Part shown: piece by piece, positions 63,313 through 64,000 of the stretch
How the letters are laid out: each line of letters starts with the position of its first letter
Numbering within the stretch: position 1 is the stretch's first letter
Assembly: GCA_964270895.1 (NCBI GenBank)
Contig: OZ185438.1
Length of the DNA stretch: 64,000 nucleotides
From: Podarcis filfolensis
Taxonomy: Eukaryota
Strand: one strand, 5' to 3'
The notes under the pieces: model-generated
What the model saw: the letters and a program-made list of their open reading frames with translations, nothing else
Database searches by the model: none
What the model was told of the DNA's origin: nothing
Translations under genes and position numbers: made by a program

Positions 63313-64000
63313 AAGAATAGCTCTGTGGAAAGGAGAGAATATTCAAAATCAATTCAGCACTGATGGGAGATCTAAACAGTATATGCAAACTAGAATTTAT
63401 ACCTGCACTGAGTCTGTGGGATATGCTCATTTCTGGATCTGGGTCTTTAAACAAGAGAACATACAACAATGTTTATTGTTTTATCTATTATCTCATTTAT
63501 TGCATTGGAATTTTTGTTTTAAGGTGAATGCTGTTGCAGCTTACCATGATGAAGGGTGGCTTATGGATATTTTAAACAAATTAAAATAAATGTTTGAAGG
63601 GGGTTGGAGAGGGAGGTATTTGTGAAGTGCTGTGGCCCTTCAGGAATAACTGTTGAAATCTCTACCCCCTGAATAAGAGGGTTGAGTGAGGTAGACAGAA
63701 AACTGTGGAGATTTTCCCTTTTGTAGGTGCTCAATCAGATATTGCAGACTTTATGATTTTTTAAAAAATTAAATTTGTGAAAATATATGCACGTCTAGAC
63801 ACTTGTGTCCTTGGGCTGGGGCCAGGAATCTAGTTAAAATAAATAATGCACTGATGTTTCCTCATAAGATTAAACAATTTTATGCCAGTTACCTTTAGTC
63901 ATTTTCATTTTTCTTCCAATACTGTTGCTGCTGGGAATACAGGACTCTCTCCTGTCCTGCATGAAATCTGCTTAAACATGATTCAGAGCACATGTTTACT

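Overview
Vertebrate genomic DNA, very likely a squamate reptile (probably a lacertid lizard), inferred from its repeats: Sauria-type SINEs, tRNA-headed SINEs with a CR1-like tail, MIR/CORE-like SINEs, L2, CR1 and RTE LINE fragments, and many TA-flanked (Tigger/pogo-like) and 8-bp-TSD (hAT-like) MITEs. I recognise no host gene by name, and most ORFs in the supplied track are spurious or repeat-derived. Supported structure: (i) a CpG island at ~40.2-42.1 kb, just downstream of a 204-N gap, with two consensus + strand splice donors and one weaker one; it is probably the 5' end of a gene whose long first intron fills the rest of the window; (ii) a 5'-truncated L2 with an open 433-aa RT frame, a decayed Gypsy RT/RNase H relic that the ORF track mostly misses, a CR1 RT relic split by a MITE, and a solo LTR; (iii) candidate small exons at 13-27 kb, including a 15-nt micro-exon present twice in inverted orientation. 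All coordinates, alignments and counts were done by eye; family names come from recalled consensus features, not database searches.
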